64,000 nt of DNA from the human T2T-CHM13v2.0 reference genome, Homo sapiens: the NCBI RefSeq assembly GCF_009914755.1, contig NC_060944.1; one strand, 5' to 3'. Below, piece after piece: positions 28,754 to 51,003 of this stretch. The position numbers and the translations under genes are program-made. The notes under the pieces were generated by a model. It did no database searches, was not told the DNA's origin, and was given only the letters and a program-made list of their open reading frames with translations. Numbering within the stretch: position 1 is the first letter of the stretch; each line of letters starts with the position of its first letter.

Positions 28754-29199
28754 CATATATATATATGTATATACATATATACACACACACCATGGTGTGT
28801 GTCTGTGTGTGTATATATATATATGTGTATATATATATACACACACATACCTGATATGTTATACCTGACATATGTTATATACATACATACATATACATAT
28901 ATACACACACATATATATATCTGATGGTTTTATATATATAGGGGGGTGTGTGTTTGTGTGTGTGTGTGTATATATATATGTGTATATATATGTGTATATA
29001 TATGTATATATATGTGTATATATATGTGTGTGTATATATGTATATATGTGTATATATGTGTGTATATATGTATATATGTGTATATATGTATATATATGTG
29101 TATATATATGTGTATATATATGTATATATATGTGTGTATATATATGTATATATATGTGTGTATATATATGTGTATATATGTGTGTGTGTGTGTATATAT

Positions 29200-29202
<3 letters not shown>
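28754..29202. repeat. Complex (TA)/(TG)/(CA) microsatellite
   Basis: Alternating purine-pyrimidine tract of ~450 bp. Confidence 0.95.
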
Positions 29203-29780
<578 letters not shown>

Positions 29781-30059
29781 CCCACTTGTGAAAGACAGAA
29801 ACCTGGGTGACATCCTGAGTCCTTCCTCCCACTTCTCCGACATCCGTTACCTCACCAAGCCAATTTGATTTTCACCCCCCAAAACGCCATTCAACTTTTC
29901 CTATTGCCACCACCCCAGTCCAAGGAACTTGTCTACCTGGTCTACTCACATTTGCTGTAGCTGTGCTCTACTATCGTGGCCACATAGCAGCCTATAGGAC
30001 TTCTTCAAAGTACAAGCCAGGTCCCATCATTTCTCCCTGCCCATACCCTTCAAAGACTC

Positions 30060-30420
30060 TGTATTAGTCCATTCGCAGTTGCAAGCAGAAGAAACAGGCT
30101 CTGATTATGGCAAAAAAAACACAAAAAAACAAAAAACCTAATGGAAGGGTATTGATTAGCTCACAGAATATCTTGAAGACTGGACCCAGAAATCACGCAG
30201 GCACCAAAGGTAGCAGCTGGATAGCCAAGACCACGATGAAAACCATGCTGCTGGAACATCTGGGGGACACTGTGGCCATCACCACCATGTAGCCAGGCCC
30301 CAGGATGCTGCTGCTGCCACCACCGCCAGGATGAATAGTTCACTGTCCTTGGCTTCTTGTATCACTCACTACAGGCTCAAAGAGCTGGGTGGAAGCATCT
30401 GATTGGCTAAGCCTCCAGTT
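30060..30420 (-). mobile_element. Old MLT1 (K/L/N-type) LTR
   Basis: TGTATTAGTC..CAGTTGCAAGC.GAAGAAAC; GCATCTGATTGGCTAAGCCT. Confidence 0.5.
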
Positions 30421-31620
30421 TCCATTTCATTTCTGTGCTGACTCGGTCAGTGGAGGATTCCTAGGAATTCCCAGGATGAGGAAAGATGCTGGAAATTCAG
30501 TTGTTCTCAACCTTTACTGTGTTTTGCAGGTTCCCAAAGCCACTGGGGGCTGGGTGGGTATTTTCTCTGGCACATGGCATTTCTGCTGTAATAAAGGTTC
30601 TTTTAGTTAAAAGTCACAAACCCCTTATGGTGTAAGTGATAAGGTGGTGGGGATGGGACCTTTGTTTTTGCAAAGCTGTAAAGAGGAAAAAGTTAGTCTG
30701 GGCCCCTGAAGGAAAAGACATGAATCATTAAGTGAAGAGCATGGCTGAATCCCTGCGTCATCAGGGAGAAACCAGAGGAGGCAAATGTGTAAGAAAGATT
30801 CCCCTGGGCCTGGGAAGGGGAGCCGACAGAGGATCCCAGCTGCAGGAGGTCGGGCCTCAGGACCCCTTAGAACTTCATGGACTGTCCCAGCCAATGTGAA
30901 AACCCTGGGCCATGTCTGTTCTTACCCGGGAAAGAGGAGGAGAGAGGCTGGCTGGGGTCAGCAGTAAACCGATAGGGGACTGAAATGGACACTGTGGGTG
31001 CCTCGCCCAGACCCCTTTGCAGGATAGGGTGCATCTGCGGCTGCTGTGCCTGTTGGGTCACAGGGGCCTTCTCTCTTCTCTAGGGAATTGCCCTTTGCCC
31101 AGTGGGAGTCACGCCCACTCCCACAGCCTGCAGCCTGTGGATGACTGACATATAAGCCCTGCTGCCTTGCAACCAAGTGAATCTTATCTGAGGTGCCGCG
31201 ACCCAGTGTCCTTGTGGGGTCAGCCAAGGCTAGATACATTTCTGCCCAGCAGTGGGGGTGACAGCGGCCTCTCCTACCATGCTGTGAAGGCGAGGGCAAG
31301 GGAAGCAGCTGCCAGGCTCCCGGGGCCTCCCTTATCTCAGCCCCTACCCACCCACCCAAGCCCAGAATCGGCCTCACACCTGCCCTGGATTCCACTTCCT
31401 CCCTGCTCTTGGGAGCCAGAGAAAAGATGTCCCAGGCCCGTTGACTCTCTTTCGCCCTCTCGTGGGCCCGCTGAGAACGGTGGTGATTCCCATAGAATTT
31501 TTCCCTAGGCTGCTTGTCCAAAAGCGGCCCGTTGGGACTTAGGAAAGGAGGGAGAAGGGATCAGGGTGATAATTCGTAGCTGGTGAGATTGAAGGTAGTT
31601 TTCCAAGCAAAGGGTTTGAT

Positions 31621-31621
<1 letters not shown>

Positions 31622-31663
<42 letters not shown>

Positions 31664-31830
31664 AGAGAGCGTCTTGCCCTGTTGCCCAGGTTGGAGTGCA
31701 GTGGTGCAATCATGGCTCACTGCAGCCTCAAACTCCTGGGCTCAAGCGATTCTCCCAAGTAGCTGGGACCAGAGGTGCGTGCCACCATGCCCAGCTAATT
31801 TTTAAATTTTTCGCAGAGACGGGGTCTCCC
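31622..31830 (-). mobile_element. AluJ (partial) with 41-nt poly(T)
   Basis: T41 followed by Alu right arm. Confidence 0.85.
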
Positions 31831-32332
31831 TGGGTTTGGTGGCTTTACTGGGGGGATGTTTGGTAGTCTTCCTTAGGAAACCTTGGCATCATGAAGGCTA
31901 GGCCAGGAAGCTGGTCTGAAGAGGCTGCTTGATGCTGTGACTGATTTCTGTGGCCTTGAGCCAGCCATCATGTCTTTGTCAAGTAGAGAGAATCAGACAA
32001 GGTCCTGTAGCCTGGAGGTAATGGGTGAACTTAAAGTGTAATTACACATTCAAGAGAGCTTCACCATCTCAAATCACACTGATCTTGCCGCCTATTAAAC
32101 TTCCACCAGACTTCTCATTTTAGCTATGCAATCTTGTATTTGATTATCTATTTTCTTTACTGTATATACTCCAGCCTCTTCCTATGGGTCTTTCTGCTTC
32201 CACACTGCACATTGCAACCAGAACTCACTCACTCAACACCATTTGGCTATGACACTAAAAAGCTTTCAAGAATTTCCCACTGCACTTACAGTAAAGTCCA
32301 AATTATGTTCCATGGCCCCCAAAGACCTGCAC

Positions 32333-33101
<769 letters not shown>

Positions 33102-33132
33102 TCAATAGTATTCTCATGATTGGTTTAAATTA

Positions 33133-33731
<599 letters not shown>

Positions 33732-33761
33732 CGTTAAGACCAATCAAGAAACATTACATGG

Positions 33762-34060
<299 letters not shown>

Positions 34061-35488
34061 TTACTTAGGGCTGGATATATAAGTACCTTAAACAGAGTTG
34101 GAGCACTGTTAGTCAGGATATTGGGCATGAAATTAAGAGATGACACCCAGAAGTTCAATGTGTATTAGTTGATTGAATGAACACAAATTATTCCAAAATT
34201 GTCAATACCTCTAGACAATGAAAACTTCCTTTCTTCCTGTCTTCCTCTTTTTGCTCAATGTAACAAATGTAAGATTAATACGGACATACACACACACACA
34301 CACGGCTGGTCAAGATGGACTGATTTATACTCCTACTTGAAACAACTAAAAACCTTGAAAAATGTATAAAACAATGGCTCTAAAGACATTGGACATTAGA
34401 TACTGAAGGACAGTGATCCTAGAGAGATGGGAAAAAAATGAGTGAGCCCTACAATTGCCCCACCCTACTGCCTGGAGAGAATCTCCAGGCCATAATGCAG
34501 GGCAGTACAACCTGCCCAAAAACCTTAAAAGCAAGATCTGGAAGTATAAAACTGTTCCTAAGTAATCTAACCATATCTTAGAAAAAACTCAAGAAATTTT
34601 TAGACATGTGAAAATCAGAAAAACATTATTCACAAGAGGGAAAAATCAACTAAAACCAACACAGCAAAACACAGATAATGGAATTAGTAGACAAAGACAT
34701 CAAAATCATTATTGTGACTACAGTTCATATGTTCAAGAAGATAGAGGAAAGCTCAAACATGATAATTAGAAACATAAAATATTAAGAAGATTCAAACCAA
34801 ATTTCTAAGGATGAGCATTATAATGTCTGGGATGAAAAATACACGAGAGGATTCATGGAAGATTAGATATTACTGGAGAAAATATTAGTAAACTTGAAGA
34901 CATAGAAATAGAAACTATCCAAAATAAAATGCACAGAGGAAAAAAAAGGCTGAAAATAAATGAGCAGATCATGAGTGAACTGTGAGATGACTTTAATAAA
35001 AAGTGTGTGCAATTGGAATCTCTAAAGATGACTGAGAAGAGGAGACTGAAAAGACATTTGAAGCAATAGTAGCCAGAATGTTTCCAAATATAATGAAAAT
35101 TATAAACCCAGAGATCCAAAAGCCATAATAAACCCAAGCACAAGAGCTATGAATAAAACTATGCCAAATCGCACTATAATTAAATTTTTAAAAGCCAACG
35201 ATAAAGAGAAAATCTTAAAAGTAGCCAGGAGGGGAAAACACACAAATAAACAAACAACAACACATAATGTATGGAGAAACATGACAGCAGATTTCTTCTT
35301 GGAAACAATGCAAGCTAAAAGACAGTGGATTAACATCTTTACTCAAAGAAAATAAATACATCTGTCAATCTAGAATTCTTCACTGTGTAAACACATTTTT
35401 GGAAACTAAAGAGAAAATAAAAACTTTTTTTTCAGGCATGCAGAAGTTGAAAGATTCATCAACCTCAGATCTGCACTATAAGAAATGT

Positions 35489-35829
<341 letters not shown>

Positions 35830-36144
35830 TCAGGCAGAAGGAAAATTGTGCCAGCTAGAAATGTTGATCTACGCAAATGTATGAAGGGCACTGGAAATAG
35901 TAACTTCTTGGGTAAGTGTAAAGACTTTAAAAATTATGATTTAAAAATTGTTTAAAGAAAAAATTTTTCTTTAAATAATAATTGACGGCCTAAAGCAAAC
36001 TGATTAACAATTACTGTGGGATTCGTAACATATTTAGAACTAAATGCATGACATTACAGAGCATTGCATGTCATCACATTGCATTGCATCTTCTAAAACA
36101 CTGAAGAGAAGAGACTACTTCCTAACTAATTCTATGAGGACAAT

Positions 36145-36458
36145 ATTATTATTATTATTATTATTATTACTTGTTGAGACAGGGTCTTCCTCTGTCATCC
36201 AGGCTGGAGTGCAATGGTGTAATCCTGGCTCACTGCAACCTCTGCTTCCCGGGCTCAAGCAATCCTCTCACCTCAGCCTCTCAAGTAGCTAGGACTACAG
36301 AAACACTCCACCATACCTGGCTATTTTTTGGTATGTTTCTGTAGAGATAGGGTTTTGCCATGTTACCCAGGCTGGTCTCGAAATCTTGAGCCCAAGTAAT
36401 ATGCCTGCCTTGGCCCCCCAAAGTGCTGGGATTACAGGCATGAGCCAACGTGCCTGGC
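36145..36458 (-). mobile_element. AluJ with (ATT)n tail
   Basis: Alu homology. Confidence 0.85.
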
Positions 36459-36608
36459 CAAGACCAGTATTATTACTCTGCTGTTAAAATCAGAAATTGA
36501 TATTACAAGGAAAGAAACCTACAAACCAGTGTTCTCCTGAATGTGGATGTAAAATTCTTATTGTAGTTTTAGCAAAGCAAATCTAACAATATATGAAAAG
36601 AGTAATAT

Positions 36609-36828
36609 GGCTGGGCACGGTGGCTCACGCCTGTAATCCCAGCACTTTGGGAGGCTGAGGTGGGTGGATCACGAGGTCAGGAGATCGAGACCACCCTGGC
36701 TAACATGGTGAAACCCTGTCTCTACTAAAAATACAAAAAATTAGCCGGGCATGGTGGCGGGCACCTGTAGTCCCAGCTACTTGGGAGGCTGAGGCAGGAG
36801 AATGGCATGAACCCAGGAGGCGGAGAAA
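36609..36828 (+). mobile_element. 3'-truncated AluY with TSD AAAAGAGTAATAT
   Basis: Ends at GGAGGCGGAG then A-run; TSD 36596-36608 / 36829-36841. Confidence 0.9.
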
Positions 36829-37315
36829 AAAAGAGTAATATATCATGACCAAATGGGATTTATCACAGGAATGCAACATTGCTCCAACATTGGAATAATT
36901 AATGTAGTTCACGACATAAATAGACTAAAAAAGAAAAAAAGGATCATTTCAATAGATGTAGAAAAATCATTTGACATAATTTCAAATCCATTTCTGGTAA
37001 TACTCCCAGAAAACCAGGAAGAGAGGGGAAATTCTTCAACTTGATAAAGAGCATACATCTATGAAGAACCTTTAACTAATGTCATATTTAGTGGTGCATT
37101 CTCCCTCAGCTCAGGAGCAAGGCAAGAACGTGTGCTTATATTATTTCTACTTGAAATTGTATTGGAGGTGTATCCCATGCAAAAAGGTAAGAAAAAAAAG
37201 ACATTCACATTGAATAGAAAGAAGTAAGACTATCTTTATTTGCAGATGATAAAGTCATCAAGTCATCTGATTGTCTAGAAAATCTTATGAAATTTCTACC
37301 TAGAAAATCTTATGA

Positions 37316-37724
<409 letters not shown>

Positions 37725-38461
37725 ACAAACATCAATTTATTTCCTTATACTAGCAAGGAATAATAGAAAATTGAAATGAAGCAAAACCATTTACAACAGC
37801 ATGAGATACATAAAATACTTAAGAGCTAAATCTGACAAAAGATGTATGAGACATCACAATGAAAATTACTGATAGAAATTAAAGAAGATCTAAATAAAAG
37901 GAGAGATATAATGTGTTCATGGATAGCAAGACTCAATATTACAAAATATCATTCCTTTCCAAATTGATCTGTAGATTCAATGCAATTCCAATCAAAATCC
38001 CAGCAGTCTTTTTTGGTAGAAATGTATAAGCTGATTCTAAAATTAACATAGAAGTGCAAAGGACTTGTAAGAGCTAAAACCAGTTTGTAAAAGAAGAATA
38101 AAGTTGGATTTACACTACTTGACTTTAAGACTTAGAAACTGGCATTAATCAAGACAGTGTGAAATTGGCATCAAGAAAGAAAAACAGAACAATGAAACAT
38201 AATACAGTACAGAAATAGACCTTCTCATATATGGCCGATTGATTTTTGACAATGGTGCAAAGGCAATTCACTGGAGAAAGGGTAGTTTCTGTTTTAACAA
38301 ACAGTGCATGAACATTTGTTTATCCATATACAGAAAAATGAACTTTTTATCTATACTTGGCACCATATAAAAATAAACTCAAAAGCGATCATAGACCTAA
38401 AACTATAAAACTTTAAAAATAAAACACAGGGGAAAATATTGTGATCTTGTTTCTGTTCTCT

Positions 38462-38699
38462 TTTTTTTGAGTCAGAGTCTCACTCTGCCACCGGGTCCAA
38501 GTGATTCTCGAGCCTCCGCCTTGCAAGTAGCTGGGATTATAAGCGCCTGCCACCATGCCCAGCTAATTTTTGTGTTTTTAGTAGAGACGGGGTTTCACCA
38601 TGTTGGCCAGGCTGGTCTAGAACTCCTGACCTCAAACGATCGACCCATCTCGGCCTCCCAAAGTGCTAGGATTACAGGTGTGAGCCACCATACCCAGCC
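38462..38699 (-). mobile_element. AluS with internal deletion
   Basis: CACTCTGCC joined to ACCGGGTCCAAG; part of the right arm missing. Confidence 0.85.
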
Positions 38700-38969
38700 A
38701 TAACTCCTGTTCTTTGAAAGGCACTTTTGAGAGAACAAAAAGACAAGCCACAAACTGGAAGAAGAATATTTGCAAGTTAAATAACTGATAAAAGATGTAT
38801 GTTTAGAATATTTTTTTAAAAACCTTTTAAAACTCAATATTAAGAAAACCAACAACTTAAACAAAAATGGGAAAACATTCTTCACCAAAGAAGAGAAACA
38901 CATGGCAAATAAATTCACACAAAGATGTTCAATGCTCAACATTACTAGTCATAGGGAAATGCAAATTAA

Positions 38970-39320
<351 letters not shown>

Positions 39321-39344
39321 TAGAAAGATCTGATGTCACCACCT

Positions 39345-39820
39345 GAACTTATTTCCTGGGGCTGCTGTAGCAAATTATTACAATAATTTAAACAATAGAA
39401 TAAACAATAGGATTAAAACAATAGAAAAGTATTCTCTCCGTTCTGGAGGCCAGAGGTCTGAATCATTGTGTCAGCAGGGTTGGTTCCTTCTGGGAGCTCT
39501 GAAGAAGAATCAGTTCCATGCCTCTTTCTTGGCTTCTGGTGGTTGCCAGCGATGCTTGGCATTCTTGGCCTTATAGACACATCACCAGCCTCTGCCTCTG
39601 TCATCACTTGGCATCCACCCTGAACGTCTCTGTGTCTTGGTGTCCAAATTTCTCTCTTGTAAGGACAGTATGGGATTAGGCCCACCCTAATCCAGTATGA
39701 TTTCATCTTAGCTTGATTATATCTGCAAAAACCACTATTTTCAAATAAAGTCACATTCACCGGTACCAGGGGTTTGGAATTCAGTTTATCTTTTGGGGGG
39801 ACACAGTTCAACTCACAACA
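39345..39820 (-). mobile_element. MLT1B/C LTR
   Basis: GTTCTGGAGGCCAGAGGTCTGAA..TCAGCAGGGTTGGTTCCTTCTG...GGGGGACACAGTTCAA. Confidence 0.8.
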
Positions 39821-40336
39821 CGACCTTAACTAATAATCGAACTTGCATCATTTATAGTCAGACAACCAAACATTATGAGCTTCCTGATGTGATACATACA
39901 ACATGACGTCATAGTGCCACCTTTGTATTCTTGCCAAAAATGTTTAACCCATATCTAATGAAACTGTTTAAATGAACTTCCAGGTTACAGGGAATATACA
40001 GGGTAGAGGAGTAAGTTAAATGACACCATGATAAAGCAATCTGACAAGTCCAGAGTAGGGGGAATATTCTGCAAGACAACTAGTGTGCTGTCCTCAAAAA
40101 GTCTATGTCAAGCCAGAGGCAGTGGTGCCTGTAGTCCCAGCTGCTTGGGAGGCTGAGGTGGAAGAATTGCTTGAACCCAGGAGCTGGATGCTATAGTAAG
40201 CTATAATCAAGGTCTCTCTCTGTGTTGTGCCACTGCACTCCAGCTTTATCAACATAGTGACCTCGTCTCTCTCTATATATACAAAGTCAATGTAGTGTCA
40301 TGGGTTAAAAAATATGTGATGTGCCTGTGTGTGATC

Positions 40337-41563
<1,227 letters not shown>

Positions 41564-41641
41564 TCTAGATTAAAGGACACAAAAGAGACAGAAACCTGAT
41601 ACAAACAATAATTAGATTTTGATTCAAGAAAATACAAATCA

Positions 41642-44600
41642 GCTCCCTCTCCCTCTCCCTCTCCCTCTCCCTCTCCCTCTCCCTCTCCCTCTCCCTCTCC
41701 CTCTCCCTCTCCCTCTCCCTCTCCCTCTCCCTCTCCCTCTCCCTCTCCCTCTCCCTCTCCCTCTCCCTCTCCCTCTCCCTCTCCCTCTCCCTCTCCCTCT
41801 CCCTCTCCCTCTCCCTCTCCCTCTCCCTCTCCCTCTCCCTCTCCCTCTCCCTCTCCCTCTCCCTCTCCCTCTCCCTCTCCCTCTCCCTCTCCCTCTCCCC
41901 ACGGTCTCCCTCTCCCTCTCTTTCCACGGTCTCTCTCTGATGCCGAGCCGAAGCTGGACTGTACTGCTGCCATCTCGGCTCACTGCAACCTCCCTGCCTG
42001 ATTCTCCTGCCTCAGCCTGCCGAGTGCCTGCGAGTGCAGGCGCGCGCCGCCACGCCTGACTGGTTTTCGTATTTTTTTGGTGGGGTTTTGCTGTGTTGGC
42101 CGGGCTGGTCTCCAGCTCCTAACCGCGAGTGATCCGCCAGCCTCGGCCTCCCGAGGTGCCGGGATTGCAGACGGAGTCTGGTTCACTCAGTGCTCAATGG
42201 TGTCCAGGCTGGAGTGCGGTGGCGTGATCTCGGCTCGCTACATCCTCCACCTCCCAGCCGCCTGCCTTGGCCTCCCAAAGTGCCGGGAGTGCAGCCTCTG
42301 CCCGGCCACCACCCCGTCTGGGAAGTGAGGAGCGTCTCTGCCTGGCCACCCATCGTCTGGGACGTGAGGAGCCCCTCTGCCTGGCTGCCCAGTCTGGAAA
42401 GTGAGGAGCGTCTCTGCCCGGCCGCCATCCCATCTAGGAAGTGAGGAGCGCCTCTTCCCGGCCGCCATCCCATCTAGGAAGTGAGGAGCGTCTCTGCCCG
42501 GCCGCCCATCGTCTGAGATGTGGGGAGCACCTCTGCCCCGCCGCCCCGTCTGGGATGTGAGGAGCGCCTCTGCCCAGCTGCGACCCCGTCTGGGAGGTGA
42601 GGAGCGTCTCTGCCCGGCCGCCCCATCTGGGAAGTGAGGAGACCCTCCACCCGGCAGCCACCCCGTCTGGGAAGTGAGGAGCGTCTCCGCCCGGCAGCCA
42701 CCCCGTCCGGGAGGGAGGTGGGGGTCAGCCCCCGCCAGGCCAGCTGCCCCGTCCGGGAGGGAGGTGGGGGGGCCAGCCCCCCGCCCTGCCAGCCGCCTGT
42801 CCGGGAGGGAGGTGGGGGGTCAGCCCCCCGCCCGGCCAGCCACCCCGTCTGGGAGGTGAGGGGTGCCTCTGCCCGGCCGCCCCTACTGGGAAGTGAGGAG
42901 CCCCTCTGCCCGGCCGCCCCTACTGGGAAGTGAGGAGCCCCTCTGCCCGGACAGCCGCCCTGTCTGGGAGGGAGGTGGGGGGGTCAGCCCCCCGCCCGGC
43001 CAGCCGCCCCGTCCGGGAGGTGAGGGGTGCCTCTGCCCAGCCGCCCCTACTGGGAAGTGAGGAGCCCCTCTGTCCGGCCAGCCGCCCTGTCCGGGAGGGA
43101 GGTGGGGGGGTCAGCCCCCCTCCCGGCCAGCCACCCCGTCTGGGAGGTGAGGGGTGCCTCTGCCCAGCCGCCCCTACTGGGAAGTGAGGAGCCCCTCTGC
43201 CCGGACAGCCGCCCTGTCTGGGAGGGAGGTGGGGGGGTCAGCCCCCCGCCCGGCCAGCCGCCCCGTCCGGGAGGTGAGGGGTGCCTCTGCCCAGCCGCCC
43301 CTACTGGGAAGTGAGGAGCCCCTCTGCCCGGCCAGCCTCCCCGTCCGGGAGGGAGGTGGGGGGGGTCAGCCCCCCGCCTGGCCAGCCGCCCCGTCCGGGA
43401 GGTGAGGGGTGCCTCTGCCCAGCCGCCCCTACTGGGAAGTGAGGAGCCCCTCTGCCCGGCCAGCCGCCCTGTCCGGGAGGGAGGTGGGGGGGTCAGCCCC
43501 CCTCCCGGCCAGCCACCCCGTCTGGGAGGTGAGGGGTGCCTCTGCCCAGCCGCCCCTACTGGGAAGTGAGGAGCCCCTCTGCCCGGACAGCCGCCCTGTC
43601 TGGGAGGGAGGTGGGGGGGTCAGCCCCCCGCCCGGCCAGCCGCCCCGTCCGGGAGGTGAGGGGTGCCTCTGCCCAGCCGCCCCTACTGGGAAGTGAGGAG
43701 CCCCTCTGCCCGGCCAGCCTCCCCGTCCGGGAGGGAGGTGGGGGGGTCAGCCCCCCGCCTGGCCAGCCGCCCCGTCCGGGAGGTGAGGGGTGCCTCTGCC
43801 CAGCCGCCCCTACTGGGAAGTGAGGAGCCCCTCTGCCCGGCCAGCCGCCCTGTCCGGGAGGGAGGTGGGGGGGTCAGCCCCCCGCCCGGCCAGCCGCCCC
43901 GTCCGGGAGGTGAGGGGTGCCTCTGCCCAGCCGCCCCTACTGGGAAGTGAGGAGCCCCTCTGCCCGGCCAGCCGCCCCGTCCGGGAGGGAGGTGGGGGGG
44001 TCAGCCCCCCGCCCGGCCAGCCGCCCCGTCCGGGAGGGAGGTGGGGGGTCAGCCCCCCGCCCGGCCAGCAGCCCCGTCTGGGAGGTGAGGGGTGCCTCTG
44101 CCCGGCCACCCCTACTGGGAAGTGAGGAGCCCCTCTGCCCGGACAGCCGCCCTGTCCGGGAGGGAGGTGGGGGGGTCAGTCCCCCGCCCGGCCAGCCGCC
44201 CCGTCCGGGAGGTGAGGGGCGCCTCTGCCCGGCCACCCCTACTGGGAGGTGAGGAGCCCCTCTGCCGGGCCACCACCCCGTCTGGGAGGTGTGCCCAGCA
44301 GCTCATTGAGAACGGGCCATGATGACAATGGCGGTTTTGTGGAATAGAAGGCGGGGAAAGGTGGGGAAAAGATTGAGAAATCGGATGGTTGCCGTGTCTG
44401 TGTAGAAAGAAGTAGACATGGGAGACTTTTCATTTTGTTCTGTACTAAGAAAAATTCTTCTGCCTTGGGATCCTGTTCATCTGTGACCTTACCCCCAACC
44501 CTGTGCTCTCTGAAACATGTGCTGTGTCCACTCAGGGTTAAATGGATTAAGGGCGGTGCAAGATGTGCTTTGTTAAACAGATGCTTGAAGGCAGCATGCT

Positions 44601-44787
44601 CCTTAAGAGTCATCACCACTCCCTAATCTCAAGTACCCAGGGACACAAACACTGCGGAAGGCCGCAGGGTCCTCTGCCTAGGAAAACCAGAGACCTTTGT
44701 TCACTTGTTTATCTGCTGACCTTCCCTCCACTATTGTCCTATGACCCTGCCAAATCCCCCTGTGCGAGAAACACCCAAGAATGATCA

Positions 44788-44819
<32 letters not shown>
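41642..44819 (+). mobile_element. Full-length SVA retrotransposon (young, D/E/F-type)
   Basis: (CCCTCT)42, Alu-like domain ~41900-42290, VNTR ~42290-44290, SINE-R ~44290-44790, AATAAA + A~30; perfect 16-bp TSD AAGAAAATACAAATCA at 41626-41641 / 44818-44833. Confidence 0.98.
41645..41896 (+). repeat. SVA hexamer (CCCTCT)42
   Basis: 252 bp uninterrupted. Confidence 0.98.
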
Positions 44820-44821
<2 letters not shown>

Positions 44822-44984
44822 AAATACAAATCAAAACAATGTAGCTACATAAGACATTTTGGAAACAACTGGGGATATTTGTATATAGATTTAAATAATC
44901 AGCACCACTTACTGTTAATTATTTTAGCCGTGGTATTGGCCTTGACGTAGGAGGATGTTGAGAGTTTTAGGAGATGTGCATTGC

Positions 44985-48570
<3,586 letters not shown>

Positions 48571-48577
48571 CATCCTT

Positions 48578-49791
<1,214 letters not shown>

Positions 49792-50029
49792 TTATGTCCC
49801 ACTGAATTGTGTGTCTTTGTTGCAGCATAAGCTATGACTGATGCTAGGCTTGGGGGAGCAACTCTTACTGTGTGGCCTTTGGTGTGGGTCTCAACCAGAC
49901 GTCGGCCCCAGATCTATAGAGCCCTCAGGGAGGGAACTAATTACTACTCAGACTACTTGAGTTCAAGAAGCAACTGGGCCCATTATTTAACCCCTGTGTG
50001 CCTCAGTTTCCTTACCTGTAACATGAGGG

Positions 50030-50410
50030 TGTATCAGTTTGCTAGGGCTGCCAGAACACAGCACAACAGAATGGACTGCTTAAACAACAGAAATGTATCT
50101 ACTCACAGTTCTGGAGGCTGGGAGTCTGAGCTCAAGGTGTCTCAGGGCTGGTTTGTTGGAGGCCTTTCTCCTTGGCCGATAGGCGGCCACCTTCTCCCTG
50201 TGTCCTCACAGGATCTTCCCTCTGTCTGTGTCTGTGTCCAAATTTCCTCTTCTTAGAAGTACACCAGTCATATTGTATTAGGGCCCATCCTAGCAGCCTC
50301 ATCTTAATTACCTCTCAGAAGACCCTATCTTCCAATACAGTCACATTCTGAGGGACTGGGGTCAGGACTCCAATACATGAATTTGGAGGGGGACATAAAT
50401 CAGCCCCTAA
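50030..50410 (-). mobile_element. MLT1A/A0 LTR within a MIR
   Basis: TGTATCAGTTTGCTAGGGCTGCC...GGGGACATAAATCAGCCC. Confidence 0.8.
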
Positions 50411-50509
50411 CTGGAGGATAATATCAGAATTTATTCCTTCACAAACTTGTAGAGTTGATTGAATTAAGACACGTAAAGTGCTTAGAACACTAATAGAAAA
50501 TGCTTTTTA

Positions 50510-50688
50510 CTACTACTATTATTGTTATTTAGAGACAGCATCTTGCTCTGTCACCCAGGCTAGAGTGCAGTGGCATGACCATAGCTCACTGCAGCTTCGA
50601 ACTCATGTCCTCAAGCGATCCTCCTGCTTGGTCTCCTGAGTCGCTAAGATTGCAGGCGTGCACCACCAAACCCAGCCTGTTTGTTTTC

Positions 50689-50720
<32 letters not shown>

Positions 50721-51003
50721 ATTCTTTCTGATAGTGTCTCGCTCTGTCACCCAGTCTGGAGTACAGTGGCGTGATCACAGCTCACTGCAACCTCCGCCTC
50801 CCTCAAGTGATTCTCCTGTTTCAGCCTCCTGAGTAGCTGGGATGACAGGCACGTGCCACCATGCCCAGCTAAATTTTGTATTTTTAGTAGAAACGGGGTT
50901 TCACCATGTTGGCCAGGCTGGTCTCGAACTCCTGACCTCAAGTGATCCACTGCCTTGGCCTCCCAAAGTGCTGGGATTACAGGCATGAGCTACTGCGCCT
51001 GGC
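50510..51003 (-). mobile_element. Monomeric Alu plus AluS with (TC)n tail
   Basis: Alu homology. Confidence 0.85.

Noticed and set aside
30958-31521. 187-aa minus-strand ORF in GC-rich DNA
   Set aside because: Non-ATG start and no recognisable homology; the region may be regulatory (TGCGTCA half-CRE near 30753) but support is too weak
35951-35975. 12-bp-arm palindrome TTTAAAGAAAAA-A-TTTTTCTTTAAA
   Set aside because: AT-rich low-complexity sequence within L1; weak significance
39903-39912. Perfect CRE palindrome ATGACGTCAT
   Set aside because: Isolated motif inside an old L1 fragment with no supporting context
42290-44290. CpG island / gene promoter
   Set aside because: Fully explained by the SVA VNTR
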